From an uncultured Chitinophagaceae bacterium (GTDB lineage: Bacteria; Bacteroidota; Bacteroidia; Chitinophagales; LD1), in the NCBI GenBank assembly GCA_964650845.1, contig CAZYXR010000002.1, positions 15,603 to 78,514 on the forward strand: 62,912 nt of DNA. Direction: 5' to 3'. The translations under genes and the position numbers were made by a program. Within the stretch, counting starts at the first letter, position 1. Every line of letters begins with the position of its first letter. Below the pieces are notes generated by a model. That model was given only the letters and a program-made list of their open reading frames with translations, searched no databases and had not been told where the DNA came from. This document shows, piece after piece, positions 30,723 through 40,248 of the stretch.

Positions 30723-30789
30723 AGATTCACCACTATCGGTTGCTGTTCGCTTGCAAGAATTGTATAGTTAAAACTGTAATTGAACCTAT

Positions 30790-31638
30790 TTAAAGGGCGA
30801 TTGACTCTTCAACAACATTTTTATTAAGCCACTCAACAATATCTTCTCGAGTCAAAGAAGGTGGGGCGTAATGAAACTTCTTAACTATTGGGAAACGATT
30901 GTCTTGATTACCCCATGCGTTTTCAAAAAAGAACTGATATGGCACATCATAAACAGTAACTTCTTTCGTTTCATCATTCAAGTAATGGTACAAAAACTTA
31001 GCGTCCGGATGTAATAATCCAAAATGCACCACGGGTCTTGGTTGCGGAGTTAGATTATCAAACGAACCGTGTAACACTTTATCTCCGTATATAACCAAAT
31101 CGCCTGCATTAGCATCAATAACATCGCAGTGTTCCACCAATAATTTTTCGTGTTCCATATATGGCCAAGGAGTATTATGTGGCAACGGATAGCCAAAAAA
31201 CGTATGGCTTTTCTTTAGCACATAAAGACGCCCATTTTGAGAAGTAGTATCTACTACCGGCAACCAAATATTATGATAAGAAAAATTCGGCTCATCTTGT
31301 ACGCTATAATCTCTGTGTATAACAATAGCACTTTGAGGAGTTGGGTTTTTAACCAAAAAGGTAGCTGCCGGACAAACATAGTTTTTCATGTATTTGTCCA
31401 AATTGGGTTTTACAATAGCTAAAATTCGGTTGCTTAAAGAAAGCGAACGGTCATGCGGTATATCGCAAAGGCTATTCCACAAATTGCCACACGACTGTCC
31501 ATCAATGTGGTAATGCGATTCAAAAAGATTTTTCAAATCTGCAATCTCTTGAGTGTTCAAGAGGTTTCTTATAATCACATAACCATCCTCATCAAACTGT
31601 TGCTGCAATTCAGAATTGATAAACTCTGCACTTTTCAT
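30790..31638 (-). CDS. PhyH family Fe(II)/2OG oxygenase, paralogue 7
   Basis: IHRDYSVQDE, IWLPVVDTTSQNGRLYVLKKSH, KVLHGSFDNLTPQPR. Confidence 0.8.
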   Translation of the reverse strand: MKSAEFINSELQQQFDEDGYVIIRNLLNTQEIADLKNLFESHYHIDGQSCGNLWNSLCDIPHDRSLSLSNRILAIVKPNLDKYMKNYVCPAATFLVKNPTPQSAIVIHRDYSVQDEPNFSYHNIWLPVVDTTSQNGRLYVLKKSHTFFGYPLPHNTPWPYMEHEKLLVEHCDVIDANAGDLVIYGDKVLHGSFDNLTPQPRPVVHFGLLHPDAKFLYHYLNDETKEVTVYDVPYQFFFENAWGNQDNRFPIVKKFHYAPPSLTREDIVEWLNKNVVEESIAL

Positions 31639-31920
31639 AAACTTACTTTTTGCGAACCTACAATAATTTATCTGATTGCAAAATCTAAGGATGTCATATT
31701 TTTAGTGAAAATCAGAAGCAGTGGGACATAGTATTGATGAGGCTACAAATAGCCTTTAGCTATATTTTCAATTACCCTCAAATTTTTTTTGTAACTTTGC
31801 TCAAGATAATAAATTACGTTTAAGTTATTGTAAATCAAATAGGTATATTGCTTTATTGCGCAGAGGCTACCTTTTTGATTCCCTTCTTTTAAAACACACA
31901 CAAAGTAACAACAAACAAGC

Positions 31921-32670
31921 GTGAAACCCAAAGCAGTATTTTTTTTAAACGAGACTGATACATACAACGGTTCGGAACCATTTTTTTATAATCCGGAAAG
32001 TTTTAGCTGGGTAGCTTCTTTGGAGTCAAACTGGCATATCATTCGCGATGAAATGCAAGATATAATATCAGGAAATCAAGAAATAGTTCTTAGTAGCCCA
32101 AACCCCCCCTATCTGTCGCAACCGAGTGCTTGGAAGAATATTTACTTTTGGAATTTCATGTGGCAATATCACAAGAACTGCCGCAGATACCCAAAAACTT
32201 ACAATCTGTTAAAAAGCATTCCTAATCTCACTTTTGCTGAATTTACAGTTTTGGAGCCACATAGCAGAGTTCTCCCCCATATAGGCGAAACCAACACTAC
32301 CATTAGAGGTCATTTGGGAATTGTTATTCCTGGAAAACTACCTTTAGCAGGCATTAAAGTAGGTAATGAGGAAAAAAGTTGGGAAGAGGGTAAAGTGGTA
32401 CTATTTAGCGACTGTCACCGCCATACAGTTTGGAACGATACAGACGCAAGAAGATTTGTCTTGGTTTTTGATATTACACGACAAGAGTTTACTGATAAAA
32501 AACTATGGGTAAATGCGCAAAGTCTTTCGGCCCTTACTATTAAATTTTTAGATGAGAAAATGAGACTGTTTATGTATTTACCTAAACCAATACTGAAAGT
32601 TGCGCATAAATGTATCGCAGCTATGTGGTGGTTGTATCTACCCGTTCAAAACAGTAGAAGATTTTTTTAA
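31921..32670 (+). CDS. aspartyl/asparaginyl beta-hydroxylase (AspH/LpxO) family oxygenase
   Basis: FYNPESFSWVASLESNWHIIRDEM, LPHIGETNTTIRGHLGIVIP, FSDCHRHTVWN. GTG start as listed. Confidence 0.78.
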   Translation: MKPKAVFFLNETDTYNGSEPFFYNPESFSWVASLESNWHIIRDEMQDIISGNQEIVLSSPNPPYLSQPSAWKNIYFWNFMWQYHKNCRRYPKTYNLLKSIPNLTFAEFTVLEPHSRVLPHIGETNTTIRGHLGIVIPGKLPLAGIKVGNEEKSWEEGKVVLFSDCHRHTVWNDTDARRFVLVFDITRQEFTDKKLWVNAQSLSALTIKFLDEKMRLFMYLPKPILKVAHKCIAAMWWLYLPVQNSRRFF

Positions 32671-32685
32671 GAGAAATATTGACAG

Positions 32686-34056
32686 ATGAAGAAAAATGTT
32701 GGTGTAATGCTTATGGTTATTGCATTCGCTCTTTCTTTGGCTGAGCTAATACTAAGATTAACAGGGTATTATCCAGGCCAATTTAGAAAGCTGGATGGGT
32801 TTGAGTTGGTTGATAGCTTGATAACATATCAAAACTTTGAAACCGATGAGGGGGGAATTTATAAATTCAGTTCATGGGTGTATGATTCCATACCAAAATA
32901 TTACAACGCCCGAAATGGCAGCGTTACCGCAAAACATGTTGAAGAAAGTTTATACAATGTAGATAACATTGATTATATCTATCAAAGCTATGCTCGATTA
33001 AGTAATAAAGATGCTGCAAATAATTTGAGCTGGAAGATGGAACGCTATTTTTCAGACGAATCACATGAAAGTGAATTCGAGATGATTGTAAGAAGTTTAA
33101 AAAGAAGTAAGCACAACGACTCAACCGATGAATGGAGCGCGGCTCTGATGAACTATGCCGACAAACCCTATAATCGAGAAGGTTTTAAAGGTATTGAGTT
33201 TAAGATACATAATACTAAACGTAAAAGAATATTATTTATTGGCGACTCGTTTGTTTATGGTATGTCAGCCAGACCTTATTACAATAGTTTTTCAGATATT
33301 TTACTCGCCAAGGGATACATGGTTTACAGTGCCGGAATACCAGGCACGGACCCTGCGCAGTATGCTGCTATAGCTCGAAAATATTTACCCGCTTTAAGAC
33401 CAGATTTAGTTGTTGTATGCTTCTACCCCGGAAACGATATGATGGGCTTTGAACGGGATGTAAAGTTGGGCGAACCACATGAGCACATTACTAATGCAGG
33501 TTTTTTTCAAAGCAATATCAATGGCAAGTATTATTCTGCTTTAGAAGCCTATGCCTATTATGCTTCATTGATTACAATACCCGAAAACGGAAATGTTGCT
33601 TCAATCTTGTTAAGAAAATCTGCCATTGGAGGATTGTTGTGGGGTGCTATGTTTAAGATAGGTGCAGTGCAGCATCCTGTAATAGACTTAGCAAAAGTGT
33701 TGTATCAAACAGACTTAACCACACAGATAAAAGTTACAAAGCAGTATGTAAGAGAATGGAATGCTTTGGCAGACAGTATGAATATACGCTGTGTTAATGT
33801 GATCATTCCGGAATATATCGGCCCACAAAACAAACACGGATTTTTACAGCCAGATTCAACAGTTTTATCGCAGATTTTCCCATCGGAGTTTTTTATACCC
33901 GATTCATTTTCAAAATCAATACATTTTCCTGAAAACGATTGCCACTTCAATAATTTGGGATCAAAAAAATATGCAGACTTTTTGGAGCGGCTGATAAAAA
34001 AGAGCGATAGTACGTATCCAAAAGCAAATGTGGAAGCAGGCAAACCATTGTATTGA
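32686..34056 (+). CDS. membrane-anchored SGNH hydrolase/O-acyltransferase (paralogue 3)
   Basis: An N-terminal TM helix, ILFIGDSFVYGMSA (block I), AGIPGTDP, and a C-terminal ENDCHFNNLG (DxxH). Confidence 0.6.
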   Translation: MKKNVGVMLMVIAFALSLAELILRLTGYYPGQFRKLDGFELVDSLITYQNFETDEGGIYKFSSWVYDSIPKYYNARNGSVTAKHVEESLYNVDNIDYIYQSYARLSNKDAANNLSWKMERYFSDESHESEFEMIVRSLKRSKHNDSTDEWSAALMNYADKPYNREGFKGIEFKIHNTKRKRILFIGDSFVYGMSARPYYNSFSDILLAKGYMVYSAGIPGTDPAQYAAIARKYLPALRPDLVVVCFYPGNDMMGFERDVKLGEPHEHITNAGFFQSNINGKYYSALEAYAYYASLITIPENGNVASILLRKSAIGGLLWGAMFKIGAVQHPVIDLAKVLYQTDLTTQIKVTKQYVREWNALADSMNIRCVNVIIPEYIGPQNKHGFLQPDSTVLSQIFPSEFFIPDSFSKSIHFPENDCHFNNLGSKKYADFLERLIKKSDSTYPKANVEAGKPLY

Positions 34057-34101
34057 ATTTGTTAGAAGAGGTAGTATTGATTGCAATGTTCCCCCCCTTC
34101 T

Positions 34102-36306
34102 CTAATTCGCCATTTCGCTCATAAACTTCAAGCGCACTAATTGTATGTTTTCAATTTCTATGTCTTCGCCTTCAAATTCATTGTAGGCAGCATCAAGCGA
34201 ATCGGTGGGAGCGGTGCGGTAATAATCAAAAATATCTTTCACCAAATCTTCATCTACTATTTCATACAAATAGTAATCTAAATTGAGCTTAGTGCCGCTG
34301 TGTACAATGCTTTCCATTTCATTAATCAGCTCTTGGCGTTTCATGCCCATGTTTTTGGCAATGTCTTCAACAGTTAAGCGTTTATCAATCATTTGAATGA
34401 TTTTAATTTTTTCTGCGCCTTTGCTGGCTATGCCTTTTACTGCAAAATCTGTCGGGCGGTCAATTTCATTTTCTTCAACATACTCGCTTATTAGCTTTAT
34501 AAATGGTTTGCCGTATTTTTCGGCCTTACCTTTGCTTACTCCATTTATTGTGGCAAGCTCTTCAAGCGAAATTGGATAGCGTGTTGCCATTTCTTCCAAA
34601 GAGAACTCTTGAAAAATTACATACGGAGGCAAGTTGAACTGCTTGCCGGTTTTCACCTGCAAGTCTTTCAGCATTTTAGAAAGCGTTTCGTCTATGGCGG
34701 TACTTTGTTTGCTTGCATTGTCTGCAATTACATCTGTGCCGTCATCTTCGTAATTGTGATTTACACTTACTTTAATGCTGTATGGTTTTTTAAGAAATTC
34801 TAAGCTCTTTTTGTTCAGTTTCAACAAGCCGTATTGCTCAATATCTTTATCTATCAAGCCGCGCATCATAGCATTGCGGATAACAGCATTCCAGTAGCCT
34901 TCGTCAAAACCAGCTCCAATACCAAACCACTCTTGTTTATCGTATTTAAAATCGGTTATTTCTTTTGCTTTTTTGCCGATAATCAATTTTACTATATAAG
35001 GTAAATCGTGATTTTCTTTTACTGCTTGAATCACCTTCAATGCTTGCTGAACATGTGTTTGCACCTCAAGTTTATCTTTGGGATGGCGGCAATTATCGCA
35101 TAAACCACCACAGTTATCTTGTTTCAACTCCTCTCCAAAATAATGCAACAAAAACTTTCTGCGACAACCCGAGTCTTCAATGTATGCTACTGTTTCGTTT
35201 ACCAATTGTAATCCGCGCTCACGCTCCGCTACCGATTTATCGCGCAGTAATTTTTCGAGTTTTGAAATGTCTTTATAGCTGAAATAGGTAATGCACTCAC
35301 CTTCCATTCCATCTCTGCCGGCACGGCCGGTTTCTTGGTAATAGTTTTCTAAAGATTTTGGAATGTCGTAATGTATAATGTAGCGAATATCCGGCTTGTC
35401 TATACCCATACCAAAAGCAATGGTGGCAACAATAACATCAATTTCTTCCATCAAAAAAGCATCTTGAATGCCAGCGCGTTTCTTAGTGTCTAAGCCAGCG
35501 TGGTAAGCATCTGCTTTTACGTTGTTTACACGCAAAATGCTCGCCAAATCATCAGCAGTTTTTCGGTTTATTACATAAATAATTCCGCTTTTGCCAGGGC
35601 GTTGTTTTACAAATTGTATCAGGTTTCGGTTTGCTAATGTGGGTGTTTTTTTAGTGCGAATTTCGTAGTAAAGGTTTGCTCTATTAAAGCTCGACATAAA
35701 GATGTTCGGCTTGTTCAATGCCAATGTTTTTACAATATCGCTTTGCACTTTGGGTGTGGCTGTTGCCGTGAGTGCCATTACCGGAATGGTGGTGCCTAAC
35801 TGATCAATAATTTCTCTAATTCTGCGATACTCCGGACGAAAATCGTGCCCCCACTCCGAAATACAGTGTGCTTCATCTACGGCAACGAAACTTATTTTTA
35901 CTTCCGCAAAAATTTCAACTGTTTCTTGCTTGTTCAAGGTCTCAGGCGCCACATACAGCAATTTGGTTCTGCCTTCATGCACATCCTTTATCACTTGTGT
36001 TTTCTGCGTTTTGTTCAGCGAAGAATTAAGGAAGTGTGCAATTTCATTATTATCGGAATAGTTGCGCATTAAATCCACCTGATTTTTCATCAAGGCTATC
36101 AATGGCGAAATAATAATGGCTACTCCTTCTTGAATTACTGCAGGCAATTGATAACAAAGCGATTTTCCACCTCCGGTAGGCATTAAAACCAAAGTGTCTT
36201 TACCTGCCAAAACCGAGCGGATTATTTCTTCCTGATTACCCTTAAAGGCATTGAACCCAAAGTTTTCTTGAAGGGCATCGGTGAGTGAAATTTCTTCTAC
36301 ACGCAT
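34102..36306 (-). CDS. recQ: ATP-dependent DNA helicase RecQ
   Basis: FGFNAFKGNQEEII, MPTGGGKSLCYQLPA, DEAHCISEWGHDFRPEY, a Zn-binding CDNC region and an HRDC-like tail. I place the start at MRVEEISL (36304-36306). Confidence 0.92.
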   Translation of the reverse strand: MRVEEISLTDALQENFGFNAFKGNQEEIIRSVLAGKDTLVLMPTGGGKSLCYQLPAVIQEGVAIIISPLIALMKNQVDLMRNYSDNNEIAHFLNSSLNKTQKTQVIKDVHEGRTKLLYVAPETLNKQETVEIFAEVKISFVAVDEAHCISEWGHDFRPEYRRIREIIDQLGTTIPVMALTATATPKVQSDIVKTLALNKPNIFMSSFNRANLYYEIRTKKTPTLANRNLIQFVKQRPGKSGIIYVINRKTADDLASILRVNNVKADAYHAGLDTKKRAGIQDAFLMEEIDVIVATIAFGMGIDKPDIRYIIHYDIPKSLENYYQETGRAGRDGMEGECITYFSYKDISKLEKLLRDKSVAERERGLQLVNETVAYIEDSGCRRKFLLHYFGEELKQDNCGGLCDNCRHPKDKLEVQTHVQQALKVIQAVKENHDLPYIVKLIIGKKAKEITDFKYDKQEWFGIGAGFDEGYWNAVIRNAMMRGLIDKDIEQYGLLKLNKKSLEFLKKPYSIKVSVNHNYEDDGTDVIADNASKQSTAIDETLSKMLKDLQVKTGKQFNLPPYVIFQEFSLEEMATRYPISLEELATINGVSKGKAEKYGKPFIKLISEYVEENEIDRPTDFAVKGIASKGAEKIKIIQMIDKRLTVEDIAKNMGMKRQELINEMESIVHSGTKLNLDYYLYEIVDEDLVKDIFDYYRTAPTDSLDAAYNEFEGEDIEIENIQLVRLKFMSEMAN

Positions 36307-36494
36307 ACTGCTATTTTTAATTGCTGAATTTAAAGCTATTTTTTTGTTACTGCCAAAACATCCTGAATAAAACCTCCGAGCAACAAAAGTCAAATCCTCT
36401 TTTTTTAAAAGGGAGCCGAAATTAAAATTTTCGGGCAAATAAAGAAGCGTTACTTTCGCGCCCGTTTTATAAACTTGAAAGTTACACAACACGC

Positions 36495-37574
36495 ATGAGT
36501 CATACCTACGTTGTAATCATGGCGGGCGGAATAGGCAGCCGCTTTTGGCCCAAAAGCCGCACCGCAAAACCCAAACAGTTTTTAGATATTCTTAACGTAG
36601 GAAAAACGCTTTTACAACTCACCTACGAAAGGCTGCAATCTATTTGCCCTCCCGAAAATGTGTTTGTTGTAACTGCCGATATTTACGAAGACCTGGTGAA
36701 AGAGCAGCTGCCATTGGTTCCTTCAGAAAATATTTTGAAAGAGCCGGTTCGCAGAAACACTGCGCCTTGCATTGCTTATGCCTGCCATAAAATTGCTGCT
36801 GCCGATAAAGAGGCAGGTGTGGTGATTACACCTTCCGATCAACTAATTTTTGAAAACGATAAATACATAAGAATTTTGCGCAAATGTTTGGCGTTTACCA
36901 ATAAGCAAGATGTATTGGTTACCATTGGCGTAAAACCAACCAAACCCTCAACCGGCTATGGCTACATTCAATATTTAGAAAAAGAAGAAAACGAAGGCTT
37001 TCATAAAGTAAAAACCTTTACCGAAAAACCATCTTTAGATATTGCCAAAACTTTTTTGGCAAGTGGCGATTTTTTATGGAACTCAGGCATGTTTGTATGG
37101 CGCGCAAAAACGATTTTGAAAGCCATGCACAAACACCTGCCAGAAGTAATTGACGCATTTGAAGATGGAGCAAAGGTTTACAATACAGCCAAAGAGAAAA
37201 AATTTATTGAAAGGGCATATTCGGTTGTTACTAATATCTCTATTGATTATGGCGTAATGGAAAAAGCTAATAACGTTTACACTATTCCTGCCGATTTTGG
37301 GTGGAGCGATGTGGGCACTTGGGATTCGCTATATGAAGTGTACGAAAAGGATTATTTAGGCAATGCAGTAAAAGGAGATAATGTAAAAGTGTATGATGCT
37401 CGCAACAATGTGATAATGACTCCTAATGACAAATTGGTAGTGGTACAAGGCATTGAAGGCTTGTGCGTAATAGATACGGGCGATGTGTTATTGATTTGTC
37501 AGCGCGCTAATGAACAAGAGATAAAGCAGATTACGGTGGATTTAAAGGTGGCCGACTTAGATAAGTTTCTATAA
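36495..37574 (+). CDS. mannose-1-phosphate guanylyltransferase (sugar-nucleotidyltransferase)
   Basis: VVIMAGGIGSRFWPKSR, EPVRRNTAPCIAY, and GYGYIQ, at the typical ~360 aa length. Confidence 0.85.
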   Translation: MSHTYVVIMAGGIGSRFWPKSRTAKPKQFLDILNVGKTLLQLTYERLQSICPPENVFVVTADIYEDLVKEQLPLVPSENILKEPVRRNTAPCIAYACHKIAAADKEAGVVITPSDQLIFENDKYIRILRKCLAFTNKQDVLVTIGVKPTKPSTGYGYIQYLEKEENEGFHKVKTFTEKPSLDIAKTFLASGDFLWNSGMFVWRAKTILKAMHKHLPEVIDAFEDGAKVYNTAKEKKFIERAYSVVTNISIDYGVMEKANNVYTIPADFGWSDVGTWDSLYEVYEKDYLGNAVKGDNVKVYDARNNVIMTPNDKLVVVQGIEGLCVIDTGDVLLICQRANEQEIKQITVDLKVADLDKFL

Positions 37575-37687
37575 ACAACCCCGCCAAGCGGATGTTAAAA
37601 CATGTAAACCGCCTAAGAGTATTTTAAATATCTATTTCGCTCAAGCGTTATTGAAGCACGTAATTCAGGTGGAATTGGGTGAATAAG

Positions 37688-37720
37688 GCGGCTTCATTTT
37701 TTTAATGAAGTCGCTTTTTT
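37688..37720 (+). terminator. rho-independent terminator
   Basis: GCGGCTTCAT (37688-37697) pairs with ATGAAGTCGC (37705-37714), then TTTTTT. Confidence 0.6.
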
Positions 37721-37796
37721 GTTTTATGGATGTTACATCCTGTATTTCACATCACTACTATTTGTTTTCTTTGCCTCGCTATTAACTGCTACTCAC

Positions 37797-39020
37797 TTGA
37801 ACAAACGCAAAATTTTCAACGACCCTGTGTACGGGTTTATCACAATTCCCCACGAATTGATTTTTGATATTATTGAGCATCGCTATTTTCAACGACTGCG
37901 CAGAATAAAACAACTCGGATTGAGCGACTATATTTATCCGGGTGCATTACATACACGTTTTCATCACGCGCTGGGTGCTTTTCATTTAATGCGCAAGGCA
38001 ATTGCCATTCTTAAAATTAAAGGGGTTGAAATTTCGGAAAAAGAAGAGTTGGGCGCGTCTATAGCAATTTTGTTACATGATATTGGTCACGGGCCGTTTT
38101 CGCACACACTCGAAAAATGCTTGATTCCGGGTGTAAATCACGAAAGCATTTCGCGTATCTATTTCAAAAAACTCAATCAATATTTTGATGGCGAGCTCGA
38201 CATCGCCATTCAGATTTTTGAAGACACATACCCCAAACGTTTTTTACATCAACTTGTTTCATCGCAGTTAGATGTAGATAGGTTAGATTACCTTACTCGC
38301 GATAGTTTTTTTACCGGTGTAAACGAAGGTATCATCAGTTACGATCGCATTATTGAAATGATGAATGTGGCAAACGATGAACTGGTAATTGAACAAAAAG
38401 GAATTTATTCTATCGAAAAATTTATCATTTCACGAAGGTTAATGTATTGGCAGGTTTACTTACACAAAACGGTATTGTGTGTAGAGCAAATGCTGATAAA
38501 AACAATCGAACGAGCTAAGCAACTTTCTATGCAAGGCGAGAGCCTGCCATGCTCTAAAGCATTAAGCTATTTTTTACAGAAAAACATACCAGTCGAAGAT
38601 TTTGCAAACTCCGAAGAAGCAATCGAATACTTTTCGCTATTAGATGATGTAGATGTTTTTGCTGCATTAAAAGAGTGGCAGTTTCATGCAGATGTATTAC
38701 TTAGCAAATTATGCGAAGCAATATTGAATAGGCATTTGTTTAAAATTGAATTACACAACAAGCCAATAGACGAGCAGCAGCTTACCACACTAAGGCAAAC
38801 AGTAGCGCACAAGCTGAATATTAACGAAGCAGAAGCCGCTGGATTTGTATTTGCAGATGCCACCTATAATCACGCATATAATGCCAAAGAAGATAGGATA
38901 AAAATTTTGGGGAGCGATGGCGTTGTGCGTAATGCCGAAAATGTTTCGGAACAGTTAGAGGCAACTGTTGTAAGCGAAAGAATCGTCAAGTATTATGTGT
39001 GTTACCCCAAGTTTGTTTAA
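37797..39020 (+). CDS. HD-domain phosphohydrolase (dNTP triphosphohydrolase-like)
   Basis: HTRFHHALGAFHL, LLHDIGHGPFSH, DVDRLDYLTRDSFFTG. The listed N-terminus overlaps the terminator, so I prefer the in-frame TTG at 37797 (MNKRKIFNDPVYGF). The start remains uncertain. Confidence 0.8.
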   Translation: MNKRKIFNDPVYGFITIPHELIFDIIEHRYFQRLRRIKQLGLSDYIYPGALHTRFHHALGAFHLMRKAIAILKIKGVEISEKEELGASIAILLHDIGHGPFSHTLEKCLIPGVNHESISRIYFKKLNQYFDGELDIAIQIFEDTYPKRFLHQLVSSQLDVDRLDYLTRDSFFTGVNEGIISYDRIIEMMNVANDELVIEQKGIYSIEKFIISRRLMYWQVYLHKTVLCVEQMLIKTIERAKQLSMQGESLPCSKALSYFLQKNIPVEDFANSEEAIEYFSLLDDVDVFAALKEWQFHADVLLSKLCEAILNRHLFKIELHNKPIDEQQLTTLRQTVAHKLNINEAEAAGFVFADATYNHAYNAKEDRIKILGSDGVVRNAENVSEQLEATVVSERIVKYYVCYPKFV

Positions 39021-39090
39021 AGAGCACAGATGAGAAGTTACTACACAATATTTAATCAAAAAAACGTTTAGCCAAAGTTAAGTTAAGACT

Positions 39091-40140
39091 ATGCAATATA
39101 CAGCGCAGCAAATTTGTGATGCAATAAATGGAAAACTGGAGGGCAATCCCGATGCGGTTGTTACCAAATTGGCAAAAATTGAAGAAGCAGATGGTGCTTC
39201 GCTCACGTTTATCAGCAACCCTAAGTATGAAGTATTTGCAGATACCGTTACTGCGGGTGCGCTGATAGTAAACGAAAAACTTGCTGTTTCCAGCACAAAA
39301 GTGAAAGCAATAATTCGTGTTGCCGACCCATATTCAAGCCTATCGAAGCTATTGGCAATTTACAGTAAAAACGGTAAAAACAACACCGGAGTTGCCGAAT
39401 GGAGTAGAATTGGCGAAGGTTCAAAATATGGCGAAGGTGTTAGCATTGCAGATTTTGCATACATAGGCAGCAATGTAACCATAGGCAACAATGTAAAAAT
39501 TTATCCCCACGTTTTTATTGGCGAAAATTGCGTGATAGAAGACGATACCATTCTTTATGCCGGAGTAAAAGTTTACAATGATTGTAAAATTGGTAAACGC
39601 TGCATTCTTCAGGCAGGAGCCATCATTGGCTCCGATGGATTTGGCTTTGCGCCTCAGCCCGATGGCACTTTTCAAAAAATTCATCATGTTGGCAATGTAA
39701 CCCTTGGCAACGATGTTGAAGTTGGCGCAAACACATGTATTGACAAAGCCACGCTTGGTTCTACCGTTATTAAAGATGGTGTAAAGCTGGATAACTTGAT
39801 ACAAATAGCACATAATGTAGAAGTAGGCGAAAACACAGTTATGGCAGCCATGACAGGCATTTCGGGCAGCACCAAAATTGGCAAAAGCAATATGATTGGC
39901 GGGCAAGTAGGCATCACCGGGCATTTAGTAATTGCTGATGGTACAAAAATTCAAGCACAAGCTGCGGTGATTAAAAATATAGATACTCCAAACAAAGGCT
40001 TATCGGGCACTCCGGCAATAGATGCCCGCGAGCATTATCGCCAACTTGCCGCGCTGAAGCAATTGCCAGAGCTACTAAAAAAAGTTGCGCAATTAGAAAA
40101 AAAACTGAACGAGCACCGCGATACTCAAAACAAGCAGTAG
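39091..40140 (+). CDS. lpxD: UDP-3-O-acylglucosamine N-acyltransferase
   Basis: Left-handed beta-helix hexapeptide repeats, an N-terminal LpxD-type domain (AQQICDAINGKLEGNPD) and a coiled C-terminal tail. Confidence 0.9.
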   Translation: MQYTAQQICDAINGKLEGNPDAVVTKLAKIEEADGASLTFISNPKYEVFADTVTAGALIVNEKLAVSSTKVKAIIRVADPYSSLSKLLAIYSKNGKNNTGVAEWSRIGEGSKYGEGVSIADFAYIGSNVTIGNNVKIYPHVFIGENCVIEDDTILYAGVKVYNDCKIGKRCILQAGAIIGSDGFGFAPQPDGTFQKIHHVGNVTLGNDVEVGANTCIDKATLGSTVIKDGVKLDNLIQIAHNVEVGENTVMAAMTGISGSTKIGKSNMIGGQVGITGHLVIADGTKIQAQAAVIKNIDTPNKGLSGTPAIDAREHYRQLAALKQLPELLKKVAQLEKKLNEHRDTQNKQ

Positions 40141-40248
40141 GTAATGTTGTGTTGTAGTTGTTTTAGCACTCCGTTGCCAAATGCATCAGCACAAAGCCGC
40201 AAATAATAAATAACTTCGCACGCGAAATACGGAACGCATATTATAGGA

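Noticed and set aside
18082-31638. Halogenase-type (HxA/HxG) active sites in the seven PhyH paralogues.
   Set aside because: All seven read H-(Q/A/R)-D, so they look like ordinary hydroxylase-type enzymes. Only the P4H-like ORF at 19965 shows H-V-G.
34085-34101. A C7 homopolymer (around 34091-34097) between the convergent SGNH and recQ genes, and a C7 run inside the AspH-family gene (around 32103-32109).
   Set aside because: The first is intergenic. The second is in frame (P-N-P-P) and shorter than the 10-nt tracts, so there is no evidence of a switch.
36307-36492. The 62-aa N-terminal extension of the RecQ ORF.
   Set aside because: The conserved RecQ N-terminus (LQENFGFNAFKGNQ) follows the internal Met at 36306. 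The extension has no helicase features and abuts the divergent manC-like gene.
37797-39020. The HD-domain dNTPase-like protein as an anti-phage dNTP-depleting defence gene.
   Set aside because: It sits in a core context immediately upstream of lpxD and lpxC/fabZ, with core-like composition. I treat it as a housekeeping HD hydrolase.
39421-39924. Long antisense or alternative-frame ORFs inside lpxD (39421-39924, 39684-39917), lpxC/fabZ (40371-41766), the M23 gene (43133-44149), gyrB and recQ.
   Set aside because: They overlap strongly supported genes, have low-complexity or repeat-driven composition (a hexapeptide-repeat mirror in lpxD), and have no motifs.
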